Origin: Caldisericia bacterium | GTDB taxonomy: Bacteria > Caldisericota > Caldisericia > JAAYUI01 | Length of the DNA stretch: 64,000 nt | Reading direction: 5' to 3' | NCBI GenBank assembly: GCA_963674785.1 | Contig: OY771555.1 | Coordinates: forward strand, 2,080,001 to 2,144,000 | Shown here: in pieces, positions 21,472 to 31,898 of the stretch | How the letters are laid out: the number at the start of each line of letters is the position of its first letter | Numbering within the stretch: the stretch's first letter is position 1 | The notes under the pieces: generated by a model | The model's input: the letters and a program-made list of their open reading frames with translations, nothing else | The model's database searches: none | What the model was told of the DNA's origin: nothing | Position numbers and translations under genes: made by a program

Positions 21472-22087
21472 ATACTAAAATATCAGAATCCGTTTCGATT
21501 GAGAACTCTCCATCTTCTGTGATGTTACTCAGACATCTCGAGGAAAATGGGGTCAGTGTGTCTTCGAACCTGAATTTCAATCGCCCAAGCCTTATGAATG
21601 CAGAACTATTTAACGCATATATGCTTACGATTGCGCCTGGTTTTGAAGTAAACCTGTGTAGTCCTTTTCTGAAAACTTGAATCTTAAACCCCTGAGTAAA
21701 TGATGTGATTGGAATATCATTTATTCTGTTGTTCAAGAGCAAATAATTACCAAAGGTATGATCAGGTCTGTTACCAATGAGTCCGATAACCTTAATTTCA
21801 GAAAATTGAGGTTTATGGTGCAGAAGAAATTGAACCGCTAATTCCCCATCGGTGAAGTTTTTATCCTCAGGATACTTCATTGTAGATATGCTGTTCTGAT
21901 TTATATACTTCAACCCATCTTTTGATATTGAATCCATATCTCCGATTACAATATCAGGGGCGATCTTAAACTTTATTGCAGAATCAAGACCCGAATCTGC
22001 ACAACAAACAAAATCAAACTTTCCTATAGAAAGAATATCTTTTTGTTCGACAGTGCCCCCCAGAAAAAGAAGCGCTACTTTTCCCAA
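21452..22087 (-). CDS. thiN: Thiamine pyrophosphokinase
   Basis: CADSG, IGDMDSI, KNFTDGELA, GNRPDH, LSN motifs. Confidence 0.9.
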   Translation of the reverse strand: MGKVALLFLGGTVEQKDILSIGKFDFVCCADSGLDSAIKFKIAPDIVIGDMDSISKDGLKYINQNSISTMKYPEDKNFTDGELAVQFLLHHKPQFSEIKVIGLIGNRPDHTFGNYLLLNNRINDIPITSFTQGFKIQVFRKGLHRFTSKPGAIVSIYALNSSAFIRLGRLKFRFEDTLTPFSSRCLSNITEDGEFSIETDSDILVFIQSQV

Positions 22088-23598
22088 ACCTTTTCTCCAT
22101 CAACAAAGGTTGCCTTTACAGAAGTTTTCAATACATCCCAGGGAGCTTTCCCAATAAAATCATCTGTGACAATCAGGTCGGCTTTATAACCCTTTTCAAT
22201 ACTTCCTCTTTTTGGACCACCAATTATATCTGAGGAGTCTTTAAAGGCTATTTTCATGGCCGTGTTAAACGGAATTGCCTCTCGAGGATTAATTGTGCCG
22301 GTATTGATTCCTTTTCTCGTTGTGGCACACACAATTGCAAAAAAGGGATTGGCAGTTACAACTGGTGCATCGGAACCAAAACCAATCTTCACCCCAGCAG
22401 ATTTAAGCGACCTCATAGGATAAACCATGCTCTTAAGTTCTTTCCACTCAGAGTTTATCGATTCAAAATCAACAGGCATATGTGATGGATTCAGGACTAC
22501 ATTAACATCAGTTTTTGCTATCTCATTTATTGATGCGTTCGAGGAACACTGAAAATGTTCGATGGTATCTTTATTTGTTCCGTTTTTGAGAACCTTCACA
22601 ACATTATGAACAGCAACATCACCAATTGCGTGGATTGCCACACCAAATCCCTGTGTATGTGCTTTATCAACAATTTCTTGCATCTGTTCAAATGGCATAA
22701 CTGGAAGACCGTACGTACCGTCACTGTATGGCTTTGATATGAGTGCAGTCTTTGAACCAAGTGAGCCATCAGCAAAAATCTTTATCTGACCAAGCCAAAA
22801 CCTCTCCGTTCCGCTTCCTGTTTGGGTTGCCAAAGTGGTTGCCCAATCAAGAGCAGTATCCGGAATTGATGCTGATATTCGGAGTTTTAATAGATTCTCT
22901 TGTTCAAGAGAGGCAAGCATCAAAAAATCATCGAGAGTTCCAAAAGTCCTGCATGAAGTTATTCCAAGCGATAAAAGGTGTTCTTGAGCAAGAAGAACAC
23001 TTTCCTTAGTTTTTAAAGGGCTTGGATCAGGAATCAATGGTTTAATCTTTTCCGTAAAAACATTATCAAAAACAATACCAGTTGGTTTACCATCATTGTA
23101 TTGAACATGTTTTCTTAATTCTGGGTCTTTAATCTCATGTATCCCAGCAAGAACCATCATTTTGGAGTTAAGGAACCATGAGTGACCATCTGATCTCGTA
23201 AGTATTGCTGGATGATTTCCAGTTACACTGTCAATCAGTTCACATGTAGGCTTAACACCATCCTCCCATTCCTGCTCATTGTAACCGTAACCAAGCAGAA
23301 AATCATCGTCATCGAGTTTATCCGAAAAGTCTTTTACCTTATTTACAAGCTCAGTTGAGGTTTCAAGCTCCCTTAGATCACATCCAGATAGGATTTTCCC
23401 TAACCAGACCAAGTGTAGGTGTGCATCGGTAAAACCAGGTAGAATCACAGAATCACTATAATCAAAAACCTCATACCCTAAAGATTTATAATCTGTAAAA
23501 TCTCCAACTTCTTCAATCTTATCCTCATCGATGAGTACAGAATCGAAATTAAGCCCCTCACCCCAAACACGTTTCCCACGAATTACTTTTTTACTCAA
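22075..23598 (-). CDS. Amidohydrolase family 3 (YtcJ-like); TTG start inferred
   Basis: PGFTDAHLH, KIFADGSLG, HAIGD, IEH, FGSDAPV, GYKADL. Confidence 0.88.
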   Translation of the reverse strand: MSKKVIRGKRVWGEGLNFDSVLIDEDKIEEVGDFTDYKSLGYEVFDYSDSVILPGFTDAHLHLVWLGKILSGCDLRELETSTELVNKVKDFSDKLDDDDFLLGYGYNEQEWEDGVKPTCELIDSVTGNHPAILTRSDGHSWFLNSKMMVLAGIHEIKDPELRKHVQYNDGKPTGIVFDNVFTEKIKPLIPDPSPLKTKESVLLAQEHLLSLGITSCRTFGTLDDFLMLASLEQENLLKLRISASIPDTALDWATTLATQTGSGTERFWLGQIKIFADGSLGSKTALISKPYSDGTYGLPVMPFEQMQEIVDKAHTQGFGVAIHAIGDVAVHNVVKVLKNGTNKDTIEHFQCSSNASINEIAKTDVNVVLNPSHMPVDFESINSEWKELKSMVYPMRSLKSAGVKIGFGSDAPVVTANPFFAIVCATTRKGINTGTINPREAIPFNTAMKIAFKDSSDIIGGPKRGSIEKGYKADLIVTDDFIGKAPWDVLKTSVKATFVDGEKVWEK

Positions 23599-24787
23599 CT
23601 TGAATCCCAACCGTTGGCACCGTAACCAAGTACACACCTGAAGGCAAACCTGTTACTTCAACCTCTAGTTCATGGAAACCTTTTGCTAGATTTGTAATAT
23701 CAATGGTAACATTTGCACCCAATGCCTTATCAATCAGACTCTCGGGACCTCTAATAACTAAATCAACAGTTCTTGAACTGATTTGGTATAAAGCATCATC
23801 TGGTATAACTTTCACAGACAAGTTACTGAGAGTTTTTGTTGCAAGTTTTTCAATTATAAGCGTCGCTTTAACAGTTTTCTGATCTACAAACTCAGCCCCC
23901 TCTGGAAGAGAAACGGAAAGGGTGTAGGTATTACTCATGGTTATTCCATTTAGGTTTAGAGGAGTTGTGTTTAACACACTCAAATCCTTAAGAGTATTGT
24001 AGTCACCTTTAACACTTAAGGCTTTTGGCTCCCAATCCATTGAAGAAATAATATATCCATTTGGAATATTGCCACTGGTATTTAAAAGAGTTGGGATCAA
24101 ATGAGTGCTGATTTTCAAATCACCGGTATAACTGACGGAAACTTTTTGAAATTCGGCACTTATGTTGTTGGTCTTCCATCTTACGCTGCTAAACTCATCA
24201 TTCGTATTTGTGATAAGTTTGAATGGTAATTGTTCTACGTTCTCACCCGGTTTTGAGTCTGTCAAATCAACCGTAACCAACGCATTTTTTAAGGTAGAAA
24301 CAATACTATACGGACCGGAGATTTTTATCTGTTCAGGTTCAACTTGTGGTTCTGAGATATTCAATCCAACCTGCGCCTCACCAATAAATTCATACTGAAT
24401 GTCAAGCACGGTTGACGTATAGTTCTGAAGATCTATTGATACAGTTTTTGGTGAAATTTTATCTAAACTCACCTCAGATGGATAATTTGTTTCAATCTTT
24501 ATCTGATGAAAACCGGCATCTTTTTCAGAAAGGTTTATAAAAGCAGATATATTGTCCTTTGTAATGTTCTCCAAAACTCTTTCTGAACCACCAAGCGTTA
24601 TTGAGACTTCTGGAAGTTCACCCATCAAAATCATTTCCTGAGGAATATTTTGAGCAACAACAGGAATACCACTGAATTCCTTTGTTCCATCGGCACCCTC
24701 TTGATAATAGACATATACCCACAAAACAATGGCGCACACGAGGGCTAAGATTTTTATACCGAGATTTGAACTATTTTTTCGAGCCAT
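23591..24787 (-). CDS. cdaR: CdaR/YbbR-domain regulator of diadenylate cyclase
   Basis: KILALVCAIVLWVYV N-terminal TM helix and repeated YbbR-like domains; overlaps the end of cdaA. Confidence 0.88.
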   Translation of the reverse strand: MARKNSSNLGIKILALVCAIVLWVYVYYQEGADGTKEFSGIPVVAQNIPQEMILMGELPEVSITLGGSERVLENITKDNISAFINLSEKDAGFHQIKIETNYPSEVSLDKISPKTVSIDLQNYTSTVLDIQYEFIGEAQVGLNISEPQVEPEQIKISGPYSIVSTLKNALVTVDLTDSKPGENVEQLPFKLITNTNDEFSSVRWKTNNISAEFQKVSVSYTGDLKISTHLIPTLLNTSGNIPNGYIISSMDWEPKALSVKGDYNTLKDLSVLNTTPLNLNGITMSNTYTLSVSLPEGAEFVDQKTVKATLIIEKLATKTLSNLSVKVIPDDALYQISSRTVDLVIRGPESLIDKALGANVTIDITNLAKGFHELEVEVTGLPSGVYLVTVPTVGIQVE

Positions 24788-25682
24788 TGAAATTATTCCT
24801 TATAGAGCTGAAAAATGTCGTCTTTTTCTGATCGAGCATATATCTTAAAAGACCCTCTAGCTCAACATCGGACAGATACCTTGTTAACGAACCAGCTGTC
24901 GCAAGTGAAATAATACCTGATTCCTCAGAAACGCATATAACAACAGCATCAGTCTCTTCAGAAAGACCAACAGCAGCTCTGTGCCTCGTTCCTAAATCTT
25001 CGTCGAGATTTGCATCCTTTGATAGCGGAAAAACACATCTGGCAAATGCAATCCTATCACCCCTGATTATTATTCCACCATCATGAAGAGGAGAAGAAGT
25101 ATTAAAAATGCTTTCAATAAGCCCCGATGTTATCAGAGAATCGATTCTTGACCCACGAGACTCATAATCACCAAGACCAACTTGTCTCTCAATTGCAATA
25201 ATTGCTCCTGTTTTTGATTTCGACAGATGGCTCATCGCATTTACAACTTCTTTTACCAAATGCTTTATCTGACCTGGCTCAATCAAATCAATAGGTTTTT
25301 CAAAAACAGACTTCCCACCCAAAGAGCCAAGGGCTTTTCGAAGCTCAGGTTGAAACAAAATCGCCAGAAAAATCAAAAGAGTTGTTGGTAAGATTTCAAG
25401 TGCTTTTCTTACAATGAAGTTGATCGAAATAAGGTTAACTGGTTTAAGACCTGTAACATAATCGATAAGAACCAACACAATCAGAAAAATTGCCAAACCT
25501 TGAAAAAGCTGCAAAGCTTTCGATTCTCGTACCACTTTTAGAATATAGTAGATCAGTAGGGCAAGCAAAAAAATATCAACGAGGGTTTGTATTATTGGAA
25601 TATTACTATTTGCCTGGGTAATTGGATTCACTGCCCAAAAGAGAGACTTCAATACCTGAGTCAGTGAATCCAGAACTGGCAT
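24771..25682 (-). CDS. cdaA: Diadenylate cyclase CdaA
   Basis: Three TM helices; FQPELRKAL, PLHDGG, LGTRHRAA, VSEESG. Confidence 0.95.
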   Translation of the reverse strand: MPVLDSLTQVLKSLFWAVNPITQANSNIPIIQTLVDIFLLALLIYYILKVVRESKALQLFQGLAIFLIVLVLIDYVTGLKPVNLISINFIVRKALEILPTTLLIFLAILFQPELRKALGSLGGKSVFEKPIDLIEPGQIKHLVKEVVNAMSHLSKSKTGAIIAIERQVGLGDYESRGSRIDSLITSGLIESIFNTSSPLHDGGIIIRGDRIAFARCVFPLSKDANLDEDLGTRHRAAVGLSEETDAVVICVSEESGIISLATAGSLTRYLSDVELEGLLRYMLDQKKTTFFSSIRNNFNGSKK

Positions 25683-25686
25683 CTAA

Positions 25687-26715
25687 TTAGTTATCCTCGT
25701 TGTTTAGTGAATCAACAAGTTCTCTGGGGGTCATTTCTTTTGCATCGGTTGGGATTTTTATATCAACATGATCACCAGAATCGATGCATGTGAAGTGGTA
25801 CTCACCCTGCTCGCTTATCGGATTCTCACCGGTGTCCTTAAAAACAATGTCGTACCAAACACCAGTTTTTGTGAATAGAAACATCACCGATTTTCCCATA
25901 AGAGGTCCTTCGGGATCCCAGGATGTCCTTACACCAATCAATAATTCATCTGGGTTTTTTGGATTTCTCACAAGAACCTGCTCATACTCCGTTGTATTTC
26001 CATATGAGTAAAGAGGCTCCAAAAACCTTTTAGGATTAGCGTTGCCCAAAATTGCAACCTCAAAATCCAAGTCCTCGGATGATTTGAATGTTATCCAGTC
26101 TGTTGTATCACCTTTGTAATAAACTTGAGGCACATGGTCTTTATACAACATTGAACCAATATTCTCAGGATCCGCACCGATAACGATTGTGTTATGTCCA
26201 GAATCAAGAGGTCCATCCATCGTGTTACTACTATCCTGGCTAAACAGTTGAGCCTCAGGTGTTACAACAAATACAGTTTCAATCTTATTGGCAACACTAT
26301 CTGAATCATCGAAATGTGAATACGAAATCGTTGAGTTTTTAAGCACATAATGAGTCTTTGAATACAACTGTTCCTGACAAACCGCAATCATAGATTCAAA
26401 CGAGCTGTGATTGAGTTTTATCTCAACCGGTTTCGAAAGATCAAATCCAGTTAGGTAACTTGAAAATCTGTCAAAACAAGGATGATCCGCGGTAATTACT
26501 TTCCTTGAAAACGGAGAGACCCATCTCTGAAACTCACCGCTCTCATTACAGAGAGTGGAAACCCCATCAATTGAAACCGAAGCAAATGGAACTGGTTCTC
26601 CTTTGCCAGAAGAAACAACAACCCCGCTAACCGATGACCCAAAGACTAGAAAAACCAGGAACAGTGCGAGAAGGAATCCTCCGATGATAAGTACGCCAAG
26701 ATTCTTCAGAGACAT
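25687..26715 (-). CDS. Membrane-anchored hypothetical protein with a carboxypeptidase-regulatory-like domain
   Basis: N-terminal TM helix followed by VSGVVV..GEPVPFASVSI..NESGEF. Confidence 0.6.
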   Translation of the reverse strand: MSLKNLGVLIIGGFLLALFLVFLVFGSSVSGVVVSSGKGEPVPFASVSIDGVSTLCNESGEFQRWVSPFSRKVITADHPCFDRFSSYLTGFDLSKPVEIKLNHSSFESMIAVCQEQLYSKTHYVLKNSTISYSHFDDSDSVANKIETVFVVTPEAQLFSQDSSNTMDGPLDSGHNTIVIGADPENIGSMLYKDHVPQVYYKGDTTDWITFKSSEDLDFEVAILGNANPKRFLEPLYSYGNTTEYEQVLVRNPKNPDELLIGVRTSWDPEGPLMGKSVMFLFTKTGVWYDIVFKDTGENPISEQGEYHFTCIDSGDHVDIKIPTDAKEMTPRELVDSLNNEDN

Positions 26716-26717
26716 TA

Positions 26718-27233
26718 TCAGTATTCAGTTTCCCTTAATTTCCAATTGCCAGTCGAGTCTTTGGCTAAAAACATTGAACCGACAAACGAATCCTTTAAGA
26801 TTTTCACCTTATAAAGACCGTTTTCAGGTTTTCCAGGGTCTTTTTCTCTTGTTGTCTGATCATACTGCATGATAGTGTAAAGGACTTTTGCTTCTGTATT
26901 GACTTTATTTCTCATCACACCATCAATTCGGATGCCGACATATTCAGTACCGTGGTTTTTTCCACGTTCCCAGGTTTCTGTAAAGGTCGAAAGATCACCC
27001 TTTAGCTCCATCATTGGAGAGTTTTCAAGAATGTAAGACCATGCCTTCTCGTAGTCACCTTTGAAGCTTGCTTCAAAATAATTTCTAATTGCTTTTGCAG
27101 GAGTATCGATCATAAACAAACTAATCCCATAAAAAAAGCCGAACAGCAAAACGACAAGCAATATCCAGGTCAAAGGACCCGACAAACTGAATTTATTTTT
27201 TAACTCTAATGTATTTTCCATACTACCCCTCAT
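26718..27233 (-). CDS. Membrane-anchored hypothetical protein (NTF2-like/DUF4878-like)
   Basis: TM helix, then P.KAIRNYFEA..GDYEKAWSY and a C-terminal GNWKL. Confidence 0.6.
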   Translation of the reverse strand: MRGSMENTLELKNKFSLSGPLTWILLVVLLFGFFYGISLFMIDTPAKAIRNYFEASFKGDYEKAWSYILENSPMMELKGDLSTFTETWERGKNHGTEYVGIRIDGVMRNKVNTEAKVLYTIMQYDQTTREKDPGKPENGLYKVKILKDSFVGSMFLAKDSTGNWKLRETEY

Positions 27234-27273
27234 TTTATTTATAGTAACTCATGTCAAACAAACTGTTTGAAGT

Positions 27274-27735
27274 CTATTTTGGAACCACGCCCTTGTATAT
27301 CTTCCATATGCCATCAGCAGGATCTTTTTTTAAGTAATAGTTTTTTGGATCAGATACCTTTGGGTTTCCAGAAACAAGATTGTTTGTCCTGATTTGAACT
27401 ACAGGAACTTTCATGTTTTCAAACGGATCCATTTCCCAAAAATAATCTAGAACCTCAACATTTGTGATTTTTGTTCCTGATGCCCTCGCAAGAATAAGGT
27501 CTTCAATGAATTTGTTCTTATCGAGTGTCGGACCACCTTTAAGTCTCATAAACTCAGATTGAGGATAGATATAATTCCAGGCTTCTTCATACTTCTCGTA
27601 TTGAACATCAAGGAAGAAATTTCTCACAGATTTTGTAGGAACATCTGGCACAACCCAAATCAGATACCAGAGACCAAACAACACAACCAAGATCACACCG
27701 ATTGCGATTAAAGCTTTTGTAGTACTTTTATTCAT
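27274..27735 (-). CDS. Membrane-anchored hypothetical protein, paralog of 26718..27233
   Basis: TM helix, then PTKSVRNFF..EKYEEAWNYI..LKG and a C-terminal GIWKI. Confidence 0.6.
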   Translation of the reverse strand: MNKSTTKALIAIGVILVVLFGLWYLIWVVPDVPTKSVRNFFLDVQYEKYEEAWNYIYPQSEFMRLKGGPTLDKNKFIEDLILARASGTKITNVEVLDYFWEMDPFENMKVPVVQIRTNNLVSGNPKVSDPKNYYLKKDPADGIWKIYKGVVPK

Positions 27736-27750
27736 ATATATGCCCTCACA

Positions 27751-28836
27751 CTACTTTTGATAATCAACTATATCATTCTGATACTCAACATAAAGATTTC
27801 TTACAAATTCGCCACTAATTTCCATATTCTTATTGGATTTCCAATCAGAATAAACCCTCTCTCTAACCGAAATCTCATTCATCTTCCCGTTTGAACTATC
27901 AAAAATGCTAAATTTTCCATCAAAATCGGGGGACTGGGATGGGTTTCTGTAGAGGAGATTGAGGATAAATATCCCATTTGTTGTTTCAACATACAGTGGT
28001 TCACCAATCTTTGCCGCACCTGGATAACCCTCATAAGGCGGGAAAAGTGCGTTAGCAATTTCTGGAATTGGGATATCTGATTTTGTCATAATCGGCATCA
28101 GACCACCAGCTTCTCTGACAGCATCATTTTGTGAGAAATCATTCACAACATCTGCAAAGTCCTTACCACTATTAAGGAATCCAATAGCCTTTTTGCATGT
28201 TGCCATATCAGGCACCATAAGCTGTTGATACTCTACTGCCTCGGGCATAACATAGGTTTGTCTGTTCTGATCAAAATGAGATTTTAACTCAGTGTCTGAA
28301 GGTTCTGGAACTTTTGCAGAAAGTGGATCGAGAACACGCTCAAAAACGAGTTGATGCTCCACCTGCTCCCTAAATTCGTCCTCAGATATGTTTCCCTGTT
28401 CTAGGTATGTGTCAATATTAACTTGGCTTTGACTAAGAACAGCTTCAATCCTTTCATCAACCTGTTCATCGGTAATAGTGTTAAGATTGTTTCTCTCAGC
28501 ATAAGTTAAAACCAGGAAGAAATCAGTAAGATTTGAAATAGCCTGTTCTCTAAGTTTACCCTCAAAAAGGTCAACTTCTTCTTGGCTACTTCCCTCGGGT
28601 GCAATGTACCCATACATTCTCATATTGGTTATTTCTTGTTCGACCCTTGCTTCAGTAATCTTGAATGAGCCAACCTTCCTAACAACCTTTGAGTTATCAA
28701 TAGATGTCTTTTTCCCGGATGTGTTGTCGCCACTTGGATTAAAGAAAAAAACAGCCCAGACTATAAGGATGGCGACAATGCCGATTCCAATTCCTAAAAT
28801 CTGTATTATCTGATTCTTTTTCATATTAGTATTCAA
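27751..28836 (-). CDS. SurA/PrsA-like foldase with one degenerate parvulin domain
   Basis: TM anchor, SurA_N-like region, GKDFADVVNDFSQN..GGLM. Confidence 0.8.
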   Translation of the reverse strand: MNTNMKKNQIIQILGIGIGIVAILIVWAVFFFNPSGDNTSGKKTSIDNSKVVRKVGSFKITEARVEQEITNMRMYGYIAPEGSSQEEVDLFEGKLREQAISNLTDFFLVLTYAERNNLNTITDEQVDERIEAVLSQSQVNIDTYLEQGNISEDEFREQVEHQLVFERVLDPLSAKVPEPSDTELKSHFDQNRQTYVMPEAVEYQQLMVPDMATCKKAIGFLNSGKDFADVVNDFSQNDAVREAGGLMPIMTKSDIPIPEIANALFPPYEGYPGAAKIGEPLYVETTNGIFILNLLYRNPSQSPDFDGKFSIFDSSNGKMNEISVRERVYSDWKSNKNMEISGEFVRNLYVEYQNDIVDYQK

Positions 28837-29977
28837 ATCCCATTACTTTATTGAAAAGTGCTGGACCAAGAAGTTTGCCAAAGAACTGTTCAAGACCGTC
28901 CCATGGAATGTTTCCTTTAATTCTATCATAAATCTGAGGTTCATATCTGTCTGAAAGCTTTCTCACAAATGCTGCAACATTTGACTGTCCCTGTGCAGCC
29001 ATCCATGATGCTTCAACCTCGGCATAGACATCAACATCCACATAATCATTTTTTTCTAAATCCCAAAGCTTAAACACTCCATGTAAATCAGGCTTCTGTT
29101 CGGGATGTCTTGCGAGGACCTTGATGATTTTGTATCCACTCTTTTGAGTAACAACACCGCGTGTCTCACCAACACCAATTGATGCATAATTCTCAGAAGG
29201 TGGGAACAAAGCATTTGCAACTTCAAGATCAGAGATTGCTGCCTTCATAACAGACTTCATAAGACCACAATTCTCTTTGCTTTCAACATCAGTTGAGTAT
29301 TCTTGAACGAGATCACAAAAATCTTCACCTTCCCTGAGCTTATTGATTACCTCATTATGAGCTTCCTCATCTGGAACAGCAATAACTCTGTAGTCAACAT
29401 TTTCAGGTACAGTGTATGATTGACGATTTATTTCAAAGTAATCTTGAAGCTCATTTTCTGATGGAGTTGGAACATTATCCATGATTGGGTATGTAACCTT
29501 CTCGTATGTGAGCTGGTTAATTACCTGTGATCTGAATTCTGATTTGCTGACTCCACCTTCTGCAAGATACTCATTCAACTCCATGTTTGCGATCTGTAAA
29601 ACATATTCGATTCTTGCGTCAATCTCTTCATTTGTTGGTGGTTCAACATTTGTATCTTTTGCGTGCTGAAGGACAACGAAGAAATTGGTTAGGTTTGTGA
29701 TCGCTTGCTTTCTTGCAGCCTCATATGTCTCTTCCTGTTCGGCAACTGTCGCATTTGTTGGAGCTTGAAGGCCATATCTTTGGAGATTCATGATTTCAAG
29801 TTCAATCATTCTCTCGGTGATTGGATAATCAACAACAACTCGGGCTATGTCTCTTTTTGAATAGACATACAAAAACATGCTACCCAAAACAATAATTATC
29901 AAAACAAGAAGTCCGGCAATATATGGTAAGATATTGAATCTCTTCTTCGGTTTCTGATCAATAACTTTTCTACTCAT
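28826..29977 (-). CDS. SurA/PrsA-like foldase with one degenerate parvulin domain
   Basis: TM anchor, SurA_N-like region, GEDFCDLVQEYSTD..GYKIIKV. Confidence 0.8.
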   Translation of the reverse strand: MSRKVIDQKPKKRFNILPYIAGLLVLIIIVLGSMFLYVYSKRDIARVVVDYPITERMIELEIMNLQRYGLQAPTNATVAEQEETYEAARKQAITNLTNFFVVLQHAKDTNVEPPTNEEIDARIEYVLQIANMELNEYLAEGGVSKSEFRSQVINQLTYEKVTYPIMDNVPTPSENELQDYFEINRQSYTVPENVDYRVIAVPDEEAHNEVINKLREGEDFCDLVQEYSTDVESKENCGLMKSVMKAAISDLEVANALFPPSENYASIGVGETRGVVTQKSGYKIIKVLARHPEQKPDLHGVFKLWDLEKNDYVDVDVYAEVEASWMAAQGQSNVAAFVRKLSDRYEPQIYDRIKGNIPWDGLEQFFGKLLGPALFNKVMGFEY

Positions 29978-30006
29978 CTGTATGATATCTCCTTTAAGCT
30001 CGAAAA

Positions 30007-31713
30007 TTAAGGTATGACAGTTTCTGTCTGTGTTCCAAAACCATTTGGTTGAGTCATATACTCAACGTTAAGCTCTTCTCTTGCTTTCTCCATCCATTTA
30101 TTTTCAAACTCAGCTTTTAACTCATTTGTTCTGTCAGAAACAACTTGTTCTTTTATATCAGAAAAGACAGCAATTGATTCATCCCTGTGCATTATGACTT
30201 TACCAATTACCCAACCGTTTTCAACCTGTATTACTTCAGGATAAACCTCTCCATCATCAATTGTCCAAAGCTTTTCAATAACAGCTTTTTCATATGGATA
30301 CATTCCCTGTCCATCAAGTTCAGTGGCTATATCAAGGCTTGCCCAGAAGAATCCACTTGAATCAGACGCCATGAAGGATGGCATTTCTCCGCCATTTGAT
30401 TTTGTTATCTGGTCATCAGAATACAAAGAAACTGCTTCAACAAAATCTAATTCGCCGCTGAGAATTTTCTTTAATGCCTCATCTGCTCGAACTTTTGGAT
30501 TAACTGGCATTTCGCCATCTTCATCTGGTTCTGCACTGTTGAGAATATTTATCGTAGCAAGTCTGATTCCTTCTGGGAGATCATATCTTGTTCCATTAGC
30601 ATCAGCATCAATTATTTTGATAACATGGAAACCGAACTGGGTCTGTACAACTGGTGAAATCTCTCCAAGCCTTAACCTTAAAGCAGCCTGCTCAAATTCG
30701 GTCACAAATTGTCCGCCCTGATCTGAAACAAGTGCCCCATTTGAAATTGTGTACCAACCAAGATCTCCATGATTTTGTTTGGCAGTTGGATCTTCTGAAA
30801 CATCAAAAGCAAGTGATAAAAAGTCTGAGTCTGAAAGTGCTGTCAATCTTGCTTTCTCAGCGTTTTCTCTTGCTTCTTTTTCAAGCTCTTTTGGGTCACT
30901 TTCAGGGTTAAATGAATAAAGAATATGGGCTATTCTAATTCTGCCTGGAGCTTCGAACCAACTTCTTGCCTCGGTCTCAGATACCTTTATGCTATCGAGC
31001 TCTTCACCATAAAGCATTCTTTTGTAGGTGTCAGTTGTAAGTTCAGCGGGGTATCTCATCACAAAGTCGTTCTTCAGATCATCATCTGAGCCGAACCCCT
31101 GCGATGCAAGCCAGGTTTCCCACTGTTCCTGATCATTTTCATCCCATTTTGAAACATCTTTACCGGACACATATGGTTTAATCTGTGAATCAATTGTCAA
31201 AAAAGCGGTTTGAGCAATATCATCATCTGATAACTGTATACCTTCTTTTTTTGCATACTCCTCAAAGATAATCTCCTGAACCATCTGACCCAAAGCATAA
31301 TTCTTTGCTTGAGCGATTTGTCCTACTATTTGTGGATCTTCAAGGTCAAGCTGTTCTGGAGTCATTTGCTGCGATTGAGCAAGAATTCTGATTGCACGTT
31401 CAGTAACTTCACCATCAGTGAGTTCTCTATCAGCCACTTTTGCAAGTGTTTCACCAGCCTCAATAGAGATGCTGGGGGAATTATCTGCGGGAACATTTAC
31501 ATCATCACCACTTTTTCCAGATGGCTTCCCAACAATATAAAAAACTAGAAAGGCTATTAAGGCTATAAGAACAACCCCCATGACCCAAAGAATCCAATTG
31601 TTACCTTTGTTTTCAGCTGTTTCAATCTCAGCTGTCTCCCCAACCAATTCACTATTCTTCTCGGTTACCTGTTCTTCAATCTCATTAAAAACCTGATCTT
31701 TTTCTTCTTCCAT
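30007..31713 (-). CDS. SurA/PrsA-like foldase with two parvulin domains
   Basis: IAHILY, SEDPTAKQNHGDLGW, EFEQAA, TQFGFHVIK; the second domain is degenerate. Confidence 0.85.
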   Translation of the reverse strand: MEEEKDQVFNEIEEQVTEKNSELVGETAEIETAENKGNNWILWVMGVVLIALIAFLVFYIVGKPSGKSGDDVNVPADNSPSISIEAGETLAKVADRELTDGEVTERAIRILAQSQQMTPEQLDLEDPQIVGQIAQAKNYALGQMVQEIIFEEYAKKEGIQLSDDDIAQTAFLTIDSQIKPYVSGKDVSKWDENDQEQWETWLASQGFGSDDDLKNDFVMRYPAELTTDTYKRMLYGEELDSIKVSETEARSWFEAPGRIRIAHILYSFNPESDPKELEKEARENAEKARLTALSDSDFLSLAFDVSEDPTAKQNHGDLGWYTISNGALVSDQGGQFVTEFEQAALRLRLGEISPVVQTQFGFHVIKIIDADANGTRYDLPEGIRLATINILNSAEPDEDGEMPVNPKVRADEALKKILSGELDFVEAVSLYSDDQITKSNGGEMPSFMASDSSGFFWASLDIATELDGQGMYPYEKAVIEKLWTIDDGEVYPEVIQVENGWVIGKVIMHRDESIAVFSDIKEQVVSDRTNELKAEFENKWMEKAREELNVEYMTQPNGFGTQTETVIP

Positions 31714-31811
31714 GATAATTCCTTTCCACAAAAAAGTGGTAGCAATTCTTGTATCCTAACAAATCAAACCCCACAAATGTTCCAGGATATAAGTGCATCC
31801 TCAGATGATAC

Positions 31812-31868
31812 AAAAAAAACGGGGCAGAAACAGTAACAAACCGTTACATGTTATCATACCCCGTTTTT
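31812..31868. terminator. Long imperfect hairpin with A and T tails (possible bidirectional terminator)
   Basis: AAAAACGGGG...CCCCGTTTTT with an inner GTAAC/GTTAC stem, just downstream of 31899..33683. Confidence 0.55.
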
Positions 31869-31898
31869 GTATTTATTCTTTACTTAAAAATACGGCAA

